Positions 28,843 to 42,095 of a stretch of 64,000 bases of DNA are shown piece by piece. The stretch is from Eledone cirrhosa. Its lineage: Eukaryota. The stretch covers positions 26,288,001-26,352,000 of the forward strand of contig OZ024752.1 in the NCBI GenBank assembly GCA_964016885.1, given 5' to 3'. The notes beneath the pieces are model-generated. The model was given only the letters and a program-made list of their open reading frames with translations, made no database searches and was not told where the DNA came from. Position 1 is the first letter of the stretch. Each line of letters opens with the position of its first letter. A program made the translations under genes and the position numbers.

Positions 28843-29106
28843 GAAGGAAAATTCAACTGATAAGGTATGTTTTCTTGGCTATGTCAAAATTTATAAAACA
28901 CACTTTGTATTTTATCTGATGAAAGCGTGCCAAAGTTTTTGGTACCCTTGAAATATATATAATAGAATAAATATGGTTTTATAAATACAGTTTCCATTTA
29001 TTTAATATCATTGAATATTTACTCCAGAAATTTGTCGAGTGCTTTGAATCAGATATAAACTTTTATATTTGTTGAATTTCCAACAAATTAAATATCCCTT
29101 CTACTT
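28843..29106 (+). mobile_element. Family A element (divergent subfamily) with hammerhead 28908-28969
   Basis: TATTTTAT-CTGATGA-AAGCGTGCCAAAGTTTTTGGTACCCTT-GAAA-TATATA-TA-ATAGAATA. Confidence 0.85.
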
Positions 29107-29163
29107 ATATATATATATAAATAAATATAAGAGTGAGAAATGAAATTTCATTTTTTCCATTTA

Positions 29164-29230
<67 letters not shown>

Positions 29231-29374
29231 GTATAATTTTATATGAATATTCTTATTTATATATATATATATATATATATATGTTTATATGTATACATAT
29301 ACATGTTTATTTATTTGTATATATATATATATACACACGAATATGCATATATATATGTATAGACATATATATAT

Positions 29375-29549
29375 ATTCACCGTATTTTTTACTAAAGGAA
29401 TTTTAGCCTGATAATGGTGTTTAGAACCCTCATTTATCTGAGGGTTCTAAACCCCATTATCAGGCTAAAATTCCTTTAGTCAAAAATACGGTGAAAGCTA
29501 TTCTATTTTCTAATTCCAAACCTGCTCACTGTTTCAAAACATACTTACT

Positions 29550-29552
<3 letters not shown>
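29375..29552. mobile_element. Fold-back TA-embedded element
   Basis: ~57-bp arms ttcaccgtatttt...agaaccctca / tgagggttcta...aaaatacggtgaa centred ~29435. Confidence 0.8.
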
Positions 29553-29597
<45 letters not shown>

Positions 29598-29622
29598 ATC
29601 AAGGAAAATTCAACTGATAAGG

Positions 29623-29659
<37 letters not shown>

Positions 29660-29666
<7 letters not shown>

Positions 29667-29830
29667 ATTAAATAAATGGAAAACTATATTTATAAAACCA
29701 TATTTATTTCATTATATATATTTCGGGGATATCATATTAACAATATGCTATGCCTTCATCAGACAAAATACAATATAAACAGTTTTATAGATAAATATAT
29801 TCGACATACCGTAATAAACTTCAACTTCAT
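29660..29830 (-). mobile_element. Family A element (divergent) with hammerhead 29705-29770
   Basis: rc: TATTTTGT-CTGATGA-AGGCATAGCATATTGTTAATATGATATCCCC-GAAA-TATATA-TA-ATGAAATA. Confidence 0.8.
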
Positions 29831-30130
29831 TTGAAGAGGTTTACGCTAGCAGTGAAAATACAGAGAGAAAGAAAGAGAGAAAGAAAAGAGGGAAAAACGA
29901 AAGAAAGAAAGACAAAACGAAGAAAAGGAAGAAAAAGAAGAAAAAGAAAAAGAAGAAATGCATGGAACAAAATAGAGAGATGGAAAAATAGATAAAGTGA
30001 AGAGCTTCATGTAAAGAGACAGAAAGATATATATATATATATAGAGAGAGGAAATAGAGATAGATACATATATATATATAGAAAATTAGGTAGTGGTAGG
30101 TCATTTTGAGTAAGTGTATCAATGATACAT

Positions 30131-30165
<35 letters not shown>

Positions 30166-30177
30166 GCTCAAGTATTA

Positions 30178-30277
30178 AGTATTTAATATTGCAAATATAC
30201 TCCAAATATTTGTCGAGTGCTTTTATATCAGTTATAAATATTTACTAGTTGTAACCCAACAATTTTAAATATAACTT

Positions 30278-30281
<4 letters not shown>
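30178..30281 (+). mobile_element. Family A 3' fragment (no ribozyme)
   Basis: tactccaaatatttgtcgagtgcttttatatcagttataaa...cccaacaatttta ending in (TA)n. Confidence 0.8.
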
Positions 30282-30373
<92 letters not shown>

Positions 30374-30662
30374 TATATGTATATATATAGGTATATGTAT
30401 ATATATAGGTATATGTATATATATAGGTATATGTATATATATAGGTATATGTATATATATAGGTATATGTATATATATATAGGTATATGTATATATAGGT
30501 ATATGTATATGTATATGTATATATAGGTATATGTATATGTATATATAGGTATATGTATATGTATATATAGGTATATGCATATGTATATACATATATATAT
30601 ACATAAATATATATATATACATCATCATCATCATCATTTTACGTCCGCTTTTCACTGCTTGC

Positions 30663-30750
<88 letters not shown>

Positions 30751-30804
30751 ATATACTTACATATATACATACACACACGTATATATATATATATATATAT
30801 TAAT

Positions 30805-31040
30805 AGTGAGTAAAATCGAAGTTGAAGCTGCGATTAGCATCTTTCGAAATCAATCTTCAGAAGTTGGTACGAAGCACTCAATGAGATGATATCGATAAAT
30901 CGATAAATTATAGCTCAGAGTAATAACAATACGTTAGGGGTGACACAGTGAAAATTGTGGCCAGAGAGATGTTGCCACGAAAGCCACTTCAGCAACGAAA
31001 ATACAAACAGGTTAAAGAGGAACTTGGATTTGATCAATAC
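30805..31040 (-). mobile_element. Family D fragment
   Basis: agtaaaatcgaag, gaagcactcaat, cagagtaataac..tacgtta, gcaacgaaaatac shared with 34852-35070 and 42763-42960. Confidence 0.7.
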
Positions 31041-31043
31041 ACA

Positions 31044-31158
31044 GGTTAACTTTGCCTTTCATCCTTACGGGGTCGATAAAATAAAGTACCAGTAATGCAC
31101 TGGGTAATTGCTGGCCTTGTGCCAAAAGTAGAAACAATTGTTTATGGCTATCAACTAT
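31044..31158 (+). mobile_element. Nin/Deu-domain SINE, 5'-truncated
   Basis: gcctttcatccttacggggtcgataaaataaagtaccag. Confidence 0.85.
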
Positions 31159-31198
31159 TATATACATATCTTCGTTTGGTTTCTGGCAATCCGAAAGC

Positions 31199-31318
<120 letters not shown>

Positions 31319-31392
31319 GTATCTATATATATATATATATATATACGTATCTATATGTATATATATACGTATGTATATATAAAATTAATACA

Positions 31393-31427
<35 letters not shown>

Positions 31428-31850
31428 TACGTATCTATATGTATATATATACGTTTGTATATATATACGTATGTATATATAAAATTAATACAAATAACCA
31501 GGATTAAATTACATTTAATCATTTAACTGATTTACAAACGTTTCAATCGACCTTTATCGATTGGATTAAAACGTTGTGGTCGATAAAATCCCATTAAAGC
31601 TTTGAATTATTCTTATGGTTGTGTTATCAACTCATATAAACTAATACACACACACACACGCACACGCACACACACACAACATTGCCGCAGCCGGATGGCC
31701 GGAATAGGCAAAAGAGTAAAAGTGTATACATACATACATACATACATACATACATACATACATACATACATACATACATACATACATACATACATACATA
31801 CATACATACATACATACATACATACATACATACATACATACATACATACA

Positions 31851-31882
<32 letters not shown>

Positions 31883-32261
31883 AATATATCTGTATGAAGG
31901 ATAAAATATATACATAAAATATACAGATAAGTTAGAGAAATGATTAAACATATCAAACTTAAGCCAGAGTTAAATCTTTCAAATATTGGTTATTCCAATG
32001 TTTTGAAGTAATTATTTATGTTTTTCGAAACAATGGTTGGAGGACTTTTTATGAGAAAATTGACTTATTTTAGTCGGTCTAGCTTATAGCGTCCTCCATC
32101 GTTGGCTGTAGTTTAAATTATATATATATATATACAGTATGTATGTGTGTAATATATATACATATATTTATATATGTGTATATAAGTAGGGAAAAGCGGA
32201 CGTAAAATGATGATGATGATGATGATTTTTATGCATGGACACACTGATATATATGCATGGA

Positions 32262-32412
32262 CACACTGGAAGAGGAAGACCATGGTTAACGTATGTTGAT
32301 GCCCTAAGGACAGACACTGGTCTGTTGGAGACGCAGGACATGGCAGCGATAATGAGGGACAGAGACCGCTGGAGAGAACTCGTCCGTGGATCTCGGGAAT
32401 TTTACCCGCCCT

Positions 32413-32415
<3 letters not shown>
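32262..32415 (+). mobile_element. RTE LINE extreme 3' end
   Basis: Near-identical to 7975-8120. Confidence 0.9.
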
Positions 32416-32472
<57 letters not shown>

Positions 32473-32524
32473 GTGTGTGTACATATATATATATATACAT
32501 ATATATATATGCATGTATCTCGAC

Positions 32525-32742
32525 AGTCGATCGACTTTCGTCAGATCGGACCAAGGAAACAATGTTTCCGTTGGTATTTCCAATTGCTAATACTATCTAT
32601 CGGTCGCTTCTCCAGGTAGAAGGAGCAACGTGAAATAAAGTGTCTTGCTCAAGGACATAACGCATTGCATGGTCTAGGAATCGAACTCACAACCTCAAGA
32701 TTGCGAATCCAATTCTCTAACCACTCAGCAACGAGCCTTCAC
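32525..32742 (-). mobile_element. tRNA-derived SINE
   Basis: rc head gctgagtggttagag...gagttcgattcc, then gtccttgagcaagacacttta. Confidence 0.8.
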
Positions 32743-32849
32743 TATATGCATGTATCTGTATATGCATGTATATATATATGTATATATATATATATGCATG
32801 TATATATATATATGTATATAAGTGTGTGTGTGTGTATATATATATATAT

Positions 32850-32950
<101 letters not shown>

Positions 32951-32987
32951 TGTATATGTATATGTATAAATATGTGTGTGAGTGTAC

Positions 32988-33018
<31 letters not shown>

Positions 33019-34112
33019 CATATATATATATATGCATGTATATGTATGCATATATATATATGCATGTATATGTGTTTGTATACACACACACACACACGCA
33101 CACACACACACACACACACACAATGTACTAGAGCTGGCAAAGATTTGAAGATTTGCTTTAGCAACGGAGGCCTACCATTTCAATACAAACAAGTAGAGGA
33201 GATGTAAGTATGTATTTATTAAACCCTTGATGAGCAACCGTCTCTCTCCTCCGCCCCCACCAATAAAAACAAAAGATAGAACCTCACAGGAGACCGTCTA
33301 TGCCCACATATTGGTGAGCCGTAACAACAACAAACTCTACATACATACATACATATATATTATATATATATATATCCACCCTTGCAAGCAGGGAAAAAGC
33401 GGACGTAAAATTAAATGATGATGATGATGATGATATATATATATGTATCTCTCTCTATATATATATACAAAGGTGTGTGTATATATATGTATGTATGCAT
33501 ATATATATATATATTTATATATATATAAATGCATACATACATACATACATATATATATTATACATACATAGATACATACATACATACAAACATACGTACA
33601 TATATACATACGTACATATATACATATATATACATACATACATACGTGCATACATATATATATACATACATACGCACATACATACATACATTCATATATA
33701 TATATATATACATACATACAACCACGCAAATATAACCCCCCACACATGCACCCCATGTACATTGACACGCAGACATGTAATGCATATATAAACTGCTGGT
33801 TTAGTGCACGCCCTATACACACATATATATATATATATATGTATTATATATATACATATATATATTATATATATGTGTGAGTATGTATGTATGTATGTAT
33901 GTATGTATGTATGTATGTATGTATGTATGTATGTATGTATGTACGTATGTATGCATTTATATATATATACAGACATATATATATATATATGCATACATAC
34001 ATACACACACATATACATCTATATATATATATATATATAACACACATATATATAACACATATACATATATATATATATACATATATATAAATATATATAT
34101 ACATATATATAC

Positions 34113-34187
<75 letters not shown>

Positions 34188-34192
34188 TATAC

Positions 34193-34227
<35 letters not shown>

Positions 34228-34312
34228 AACATATACATATATATATATATACATATATATACATATATATATACATATATATACATATATATATATATAT
34301 ACATATATATAC

Positions 34313-34349
<37 letters not shown>

Positions 34350-34851
34350 AACCTTTGCATGTAACATTATATGCTGTGTCGCACACAAATGTTGGACAGT
34401 ATAACATTTACGTTTGAGATTAAGGGAGATTACAAAATTAGAGCAGTTTTTTGTTCAAGCGAAGAGTGAATCCAACTACACATGGATTTGAGTTGTTAAT
34501 CTCTAATTACCTCACACACTAATAAACACGTATACATAAAGAAACTCACAGTATGTTCATGCTTAAGTATTTTTGTATCAATGTATGTAAAATTTCAGAA
34601 GCAGCTGTCTGACGTTCTCAGCAGCTAATGAAGTAGTTGCGATATTATCACAGCTTGGAGCATTCATGGCGAGACTCTCGTATATATGCTATATATAAAT
34701 GCTTTCATATACACTCCTGTTAGTGGTACTGCTAATATCACTCTCTCTCTCCCTCCCTCCCCCCTCTCTCTGTATATATATATACACACACACACACATT
34801 TATGACCATGAACTCCACCGTCTCTAATACCTACCACTAGGCCACCGAAGG

Positions 34852-35200
<349 letters not shown>

Positions 35201-35244
35201 AGTAAGTCACACATGTTAAATTTGGCTTCGTTTATTATAATTCT

Positions 35245-35297
35245 CTGCTATATATATTTTAGTGACAGCTATTATTGGCTGTGACCTCATCAGGCAG
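35245..35297 (-). ncRNA. Type I hammerhead with G12A lesion
   Basis: rc: CTGC-CTGATGA-GGTCACAGCCAATAATAGCTGTCACT-AAAA-TATATA-TA-GCAG; relative at 60265-60335 keeps GAAA. Confidence 0.75.
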
Positions 35298-35435
35298 TAT
35301 GAATTAATATAGAAAAAACAGGTAAACATGGTGTTGAAATGTGTTCCGCTCTATCAATTCATTGATATGTCCAGCTCCTGTATCTGCTGTTAGTCCTCCA
35401 AGGAACTGGAATCATATATATATAAGCAAGAGTAC

Positions 35436-35905
35436 CTAGCATAACCCGCTTATATAAATTTCATATACAATCACATGTTTTTTTATCATATTTTTCATAG
35501 ATTAAAAAACAACAAAAACAATCGTAATATTGAATATCTCCTCTTGACTAAGGAATGTAGATTGATATAAAATTGCTGCTCACATGCAATACTGAAGTTG
35601 AGTGTCTTTAAAAAACATACAGCATATAAACTAGAACACTAGAATTATAAAATCTAAAATATAATTTCACTCTTACAATAAAACCTAAAATATAATTTCA
35701 CTCTTTTTCTGGGAAAATACACTTATTCAAATTACTGTACTAATTTATATAATTACTCGATTTCAGTTGAACAAATCTTTTAGAAATTCATCAGAAAAAG
35801 TTATAACTCTATGACCTTTTCTTGAAAAGATGTCTTGTTATGCAAAATCTCTGTTACTCCAACGTACATACAGACACGCGTACCTAGTTTCACTTTTATA
35901 TAATA
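35436..35905 (-). mobile_element. Possible non-autonomous Helitron-like element
   Basis: rc starts tattatataaaagtgaa...gtgtctgtatgtacg and ends gcgggttatgCTAG. Confidence 0.4.
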
Positions 35906-35954
35906 TTGAGTGATCAGTCAGTTAATGTTTGAAATACATGGTATTCTCAACACA

Positions 35955-36110
35955 TAGGTGGCGAATTGACAGAATCGTTAGACCGTCGGATAGAATGCTT
36001 TATGGTATTTGTTCCGGCTCTCTGCTCTTTGAGTTCAAATCCCGCCGAGGTCAACTTTGCCTTTCATCCTTTCGAGGTCAATAAAAAAGGTACCAGTCAA
36101 GTACTGGAGT
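35955..36110 (+). mobile_element. Nin/Deu-domain SINE
   Basis: ggcgaattgacagaatcgttag head; gagttcaaatcccgccgaggtcaactttgcctttcatcctttcgaggtc. Confidence 0.85.
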
Positions 36111-36264
36111 GGATTCTTCCTCTCCCTGGAAGAAATCTGCTGTATTCAAGCTTGGAGAAGGATGGGCTCTGCCAGTCTTAAAGTGCCCAAGAAACGCCGT
36201 ATGTCGGCGCCCCTACAACTCTATCAAAAGTTACGAGACCATACATTCATACATTCTCAACACA

Positions 36265-36402
36265 GATGATTTTATACGAATGAAACAGTTTTAGTGCTGT
36301 AGAATTCATTTCTATATATATAATAAAGATGCCTATATTCTACCAATGTATTGAGTACCTTTTTAAACTGTAGTTACTCCCTGACACTACTCGGGATATT
36401 AC
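36265..36402 (+). mobile_element. Family B divergent copy
   Basis: gatgattttatacgaatgaaacagttttagtgctgtagaa...atgtattgagtacc. Confidence 0.7.
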
Positions 36403-36570
36403 ATATATTTGTTTTTTTCTATGCATACACAAAAACACACACAACATACAAACTTGTGAATATAAGTATGTGTATATTACATGTATAGGCATATCCCCCT
36501 CCTCCTCCACCACCACTACCTCCTCCTCTTCCTCCTCCTCCTCTCCCTCCTCCTGCTGCTGCTGCTGCTG

Positions 36571-36618
<48 letters not shown>

Positions 36619-37081
36619 TGAGATCAGTGGCCGTCTCTTCGTTAGAAATCTCATTCTTCAAAGGAGGCGAGCTTCAAACGGTACATGTGCTCTCTCTGCC
36701 ATCTATGTGTGTACACGTGTAAGTGTAAGTGTTATGTTTATGTTTATATGTTTGCTTGCATCTGTTTCTTTCATAACCAATTTAGAAAGGGATTAGTGTA
36801 CGGACTTGGGTGATTTACAAAGAATTGCGAAATTTGAAATTTGAAAATATAATCACCATAAATATGTTAGGCATGCATGGTTCCGTAACACCCGAGGGAG
36901 TTGTAGGAGCGCCATATTGACATACGGTGTTTCTAGGGCATTTTTAAACATGGTGGCGCCCATCTCCTGCTCCAGGTCTGAATACAGCAGATTTCTTCCA
37001 AAAAAGGATAGAGAGTGAGCGAATGGAAATGACAAAGAGATATAGCGGAAAAAATCAAGCCCGGTACTAGACCATTATCTA

Positions 37082-37505
37082 TGGCAGTATCGGTAGAGGG
37101 CTGGACGCCATGCTTTCTATCACAGTTACGTCCCTTTACGGTCTGAGTTCAAATCCTGTCGAGGTTAACTTTGCCTTTCATCTTTACGGGGTTCGAAAAA
37201 ATAAAGTACCACTAATGTACTAGCGTAATTGCTGGCCTTGTGCCAAAAGTAGAAACACTTATTTATGGCTATCAACAATTACTATAAGGGCTGTGGATTG
37301 GCAGTATCAATAGAGGGTCGTACGCCATGCTTTGTAGCATAGCGTTACGCCCCTTTACAGTCTGAGTTCAAATCCCGCCGAGGTTAACTTTACCTTTCAT
37401 CCTTACGGGGTTCGATAAAATAAAGTACCAGTAATGTACTGGCGTAATTGCTGGACTTGTGCCAAAAGTAGAAACAATTATTTTTTTTTATGGCTATCAA
37501 CTATT
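37082..37505 (+). mobile_element. Tandem pair of Nin/Deu-domain SINEs
   Basis: Two head-to-tail units starting ggcagtatc (37083, 37300). Confidence 0.85.
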
Positions 37506-37734
37506 ATTATTATAGTTATTTGCACTGTGGCGGCTACATTTTCAGAATAGACGGACTTGTCTTTCTTTTTAATCAGACCCAAAATTCTGGTTCTCTATTT
37601 TCTTCTAGAGACGTATTGATGCCTGTTGGAAGTAAGTAGTAGTAGTAGTGGTGGTGGTGGTGGTGGTGGTAGTAGTTGTAGTTAAGTAAGTAGTATGTAT
37701 TAAGTAAGTTAAGTGGCGTTATATTACATCGTCA

Positions 37735-37800
37735 ACTCGTCTTTGACATAATATCTGGCCGATTAACCTTAGTCTTTCTGTCTGCATGAATCTCGTTGTC
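37735..37800 (-). mobile_element. Remnant of restriction-like-endonuclease non-LTR element (R4/Dong-like)
   Basis: EIHADRKTKVNRPDIM resembles the IxTDRxxxxNRPDI motif. Confidence 0.45.
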
Positions 37801-38141
37801 CTTTTCAGAGACCTTTATAACCTGTCTTGGAATTATCTGCCTTCTTGTTGAATTCCAACATGGCGGCATAGTTCGCAGTGTATGAAACCTTCTATTCAGA
37901 TATATTGTAGGAAAATAACACAAATGTGATTATTATACGTTATTTAGTGAATACATAAAAGTGCTATTCAGTTTTTGAATGGTAGCGCGAGTTTTGGCTC
38001 ACCCTATATATAATATATATATATATATAAAGGTTTACATATATATATATATATATACATACATACATATACGTGTTTTGCAACGGGTCACTTTGTGGCT
38101 CAATGAATAGTTAATAAATTAAATAATCAGAGCTATATATC

Positions 38142-38450
38142 ATAAAACATATCTATAGAATCACCAGATAAAATATATACCATTTCCTCTCCCAATTAGC
38201 ATAATTAACCATATAAAAAATCGAATAGACCAAGCTATAAGAATAAGGCTTCTATGAAGAAATCTCCAACAAATAACCGAAACTAGCCCTTCGCGTCGGC
38301 TGCGACGGAATATTTATCGAATATTTCTACAGCGTAATCGTCCAGATATACAGTCAATTAAACAGAATTAGGTGTAAAATAAACTAGGAGAAAAGATTGG
38401 GAGAGGAAATGGTATATATTTTATCTGGTGATTCTATAGACATGTTTTAT
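38142..38450. mobile_element. Family E element with ~54-bp terminal inverted arms in (TA)n
   Basis: 38142-38195 is rc of 38396-38450; arm repeated at 50729-50780; divergent relative at 47978-48250. Confidence 0.8.
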
Positions 38451-38451
38451 C

Positions 38452-38481
<30 letters not shown>

Positions 38482-38483
<2 letters not shown>

Positions 38484-38628
38484 CGATATTAACAAATGGA
38501 AACTATATTTATAAAACCATATTTATTTCATTATACATATTTCAAGGACACCAAGTTAAATTATGGTGTGCTTTCATCAGATAAAATATAATATAGATCA
38601 GTTTTATAAATAAATATTGACATACCCT
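38482..38628 (-). mobile_element. Family A element with hammerhead 38524-38588
   Basis: rc matches the 17289-17353 ribozyme. Confidence 0.85.
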
Positions 38629-38899
38629 ATATATATATATATGTATATATATATGTATATATACAGATAGATATACATACATATATATATATCTCACTAT
38701 TTTTGTCTCTCTATCTATTTATCTACCTACCTCTCTCTCTCTCTCTTTATATATATATATTGTTATACTTGGGGAGGGTCATATTTGTGTAATAATATTG
38801 CCAGAATTAATAACAGACACACTCACTGTTTGGTTAGTTTTCGTTTCTGTATCTTTTATATCAGTTAATCTGGCTACAAACAAAAAGACATAATCAGAG

Positions 38900-39572
38900 T
38901 ATACGAAGGAGCCACGGAGAAGTATAAGACCCTCATAGAACTGGACATGAAAGTAATTTGCCCATTATACAGGAGCAAATCATGGAATAGCTTAGATAGG
39001 ACTAGACATAAGATAGGGAAAGTCACCTCATGGTACGACAACCAGAGATACCAAAGTGTCATGTTTGTGGACGCTACCCCTGGAGGGAAATTAGCTAACA
39101 GTGTAGAAAGGCCCCGAGAAAGACCCACTTTAAGATTAAGGTGGTAGAAAAGCCAGGAACCACCATAAAATCCCTGATCAGCAAAACCTACCCTTTTAAG
39201 AAAACCCACTGTACTAATAGGAAATGTATTATATGTAAAGTTAACCCCCGGATAAACTGTAAAACTAGAAACGTAGTCTATAGCATAAGATGTACAGAGG
39301 GTACTTGCAGAAATATGACAACAACATACATAGGCGAGACAGCTCGTAGCATAGGTGAAAGGATAGACCAACACTGGGGGAAACTAAAAGGACGAAAACA
39401 CGTTTCAGTACTATACGAACATGCCAGACAACAACACTGCGGTAACATAGACAACATAGAAATTAGAATAATATCTAAACATAGAAATGACCCAGCAGAT
39501 AGTCAAATCAGAGCGGCCAGCGAAAAAAGCACATTAACAACAAACACATATAAACACACACTAGTAAACTAA
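38900..39572 (+). pseudogene. PLE linker, Cys motif and GIY-YIG endonuclease (frameshifted near 39130)
   Basis: SVMFVDATPGGKLA / VVEKPGTTIKSLISKTYPFKKTHCTNRKCIIC...CKTRNVVYSIRC...YIGETARSIGERIDQH...SVLYEH. Confidence 0.9.
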
Positions 39573-39740
39573 GATAGAATACAATAACTAATACACAGTC
39601 ACCCAAACACGAACACACATCAAACACTATACACATACGCAACGCATGCGCAGAGAAGAAGACAAAAATAAATAAATAAATAAATAAACAGATGATTAAA
39701 TAAAGATGGCGTAGACATACAATACAACAGGAGGAAACAT

Positions 39741-39792
39741 AATAGCGCCACTGACGATGTTGCAGATGTGCAACGAAAGAACTTTGTTAGAC
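39741..39792 (+). ncRNA. Hammerhead-like motif in PLE terminal repeat
   Basis: CTGACGA-T-GTTGCA-GATG-TGCAAC-GAAA; stems I and III imperfect. Confidence 0.55.
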
Positions 39793-40037
39793 TATATATA
39801 TGTGTTTGTGTCTATATTATATCTGTATTTTTGACCGTTGGTCAGTCAATTGAGGACCGAATAAATTAAATTAACTGATATAAAAGATACAGATGCGAAA
39901 GTCAACCAAACAGTGAGTGTGTTCTGTTATTAAATCTGGCAAAATTATTACACAAATATGACCCTCCCCAAGTATAACAATATTTGTTTCGACACACGAT
40001 TTCATATCAAAAACCTCGCAAAACTAATTCAACGCCG

Positions 40038-40229
<192 letters not shown>

Positions 40230-40575
40230 GTTTGAAGAACTTTGTAACTCGAACTGGCGCGAAATTTATTATACTTATTGACCAACCAATCAAATTACTT
40301 CTCTAATAACCTGGCGTTTCGAGCCACTTTTTTCCATATAAAACAAGTAACATTCAAAGACCAACCAGATGTGAGAAAAACCACAGACCCTCCATCTTAA
40401 CTCTACTTTTGAAAGCAGAAGAACTGCGAAACCGGGTAAGGAACCAAATAAATATATGTATTTAAAAAAAAATACGACTCCAGTTGCATTTTCGATTTCA
40501 TCTTTTTTTCTTTATACTTTCACTTGTGTAGGCCACCTCGGTTATTTTTCATTTTGTAAAAAAACCTCATTTTAA
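40230..40575 (+). mobile_element. Family K2 element with degenerate U3-A8 hammerhead (40406-40442)
   Basis: Matches 61487-61700; ttgaaa-gcagaagaactgc-gaaa-ccggg-ta-agg. Confidence 0.8.
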
Positions 40576-40596
40576 AATATATATATATATATATAT

Positions 40597-40726
40597 AGGA
40601 GGTAGAACACTGGAAGGTAATATCCGTAGTGGTAGAGCACTCAGTCCATGGGACGAGTTTCGTAGAAGTAGTAACACAACAGTTAGTTCACCATACTGAG
40701 AACAATTGTTTCACCTAATGCGGATC
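40597..40726 (-). mobile_element. Family G copy truncated within the ribozyme core
   Basis: rc of 26484-26609. Confidence 0.85.
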
Positions 40727-40798
40727 TGTGTGTATATATATATATATACACACAGATAGATATACATACATATCACTCTCTCTCTATCTATCTATATA

Positions 40799-40878
<80 letters not shown>

Positions 40879-41109
40879 ACTTGCGGTAAACGTGTTTCCA
40901 ATCGGGGTTGCGTATGCAACGCACCGATCGGTGAAAAATGATGCAATTCGGTTTAAGCACTCGACGTCTGTATTATGATTTGTCAGTCAGTGATGGGGTG
41001 TATGTGTATATATATAGAATAAGTGATGTCAACATGAATGGACCTGTTATTTTTATCTAAGGAGATTTATTCAAATTCCACCCCGCCCGTCCCTTCAACC
41101 TATCTTATT

Positions 41110-41228
41110 TCTCATTCTTTCTTCTCATGAAGGACTAGCATCCGAAACGTTAAGACCCTCTTACTGCTATTTCAAGATAATATATTCCTTCCATATACTG
41201 TACTGACTATGTTGTTATTTCTGTTTAC
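41110..41228 (+). mobile_element. Family J element with mutated hammerhead core
   Basis: CTCATGA-A-GGACTAGCATCC-GAAA-CGTTAAG; 3' end also at 3359-3405; related motif rc at 42381-42404 (CTGACGA-A-GGGCTAAAATCC-GATA). Confidence 0.55.
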
Positions 41229-41231
41229 AAA

Positions 41232-41287
<56 letters not shown>

Positions 41288-41649
41288 AATACATCAAAGT
41301 GTATATAAACATGCACATATTTTATATGTAGGCATGTAAACATTCCAGAATATACGAATTACCATGTAGATGGATAAGTGTGTGTATGTGCGTTTGGATG
41401 TACGAGACACGATAATGTCAGATTCCAGTGCTTCCAAAAGACGGGGAAAGAAGAGCAAAAGGATAGCGTTTCGTGAACTGGAGAAAGGAAGAGGATTATT
41501 TCATGTGAGAGAAAGACCAGCGCTGAGAACAAAGACGACATTGTCTGCGAGAAATACAAGATAGTTGTGACATTGTGTGACAAGGTTAATTCAAAGGGTC
41601 AGTCTTATCACACATTGTATCACACTTCATCTGCATGAGATTTAATTTA

Positions 41650-41850
41650 AAGGTACATTACATACACACATACAAATGCATACAAAGACGCATACAAGGT
41701 ACATCACATACACACGCATACAAAGACGCATACAAGGTACATCACATACACACGCATACACAGACGCATACAAGGTGCATCACATACACACGCATAAAAA
41801 GACGCATACAAGGTACATCACATACACACATACAAATGCATACAAAGACG
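41650..41850. repeat. 38-bp minisatellite
   Basis: catacaaagacgcatacaaggtacatcacatacacacg repeated about 5 times. Confidence 0.9.
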
Positions 41851-41912
41851 CGTATATACATATACACTCACTAATGCAGAAACTCATGTAAACACACACA
41901 CACACACACACG

Positions 41913-41971
<59 letters not shown>

Positions 41972-42095
41972 TGGCATTGATAAATATGCTGGATCCGTCA
42001 ACTCCTTATATATATACACACACACACACACACACGCACATACACACACACACACACACACAGACACACACATACACACACATATAAATATATGT

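Larger units (their letters stand above)
38761..39980 (+). mobile_element. 5'-truncated Penelope-like element (Neptune-like) with inverted terminal-repeat fragment
   Basis: 38761-38869 is rc of 39870-39980; GIY-YIG ORF remnant; hammerhead-like core at 39751-39778. Confidence 0.9.

Noticed and set aside
32521-32545. rc CTGACGA-AAGTCGATCGACT as a hammerhead
   Set aside because: Part of a SINE body; no GAAA/stem III/stem I arrangement.
36641-36654. 13-bp match gttagaaatctca shared with 46029-46041
   Set aside because: No extension of similarity; probably coincidental.
41359-41583. Overlapping ORFs and a minus-strand acceptor (tatttctcgcag) as an exon
   Set aside because: No recognisable domain and no convincing donor; left unannotated.
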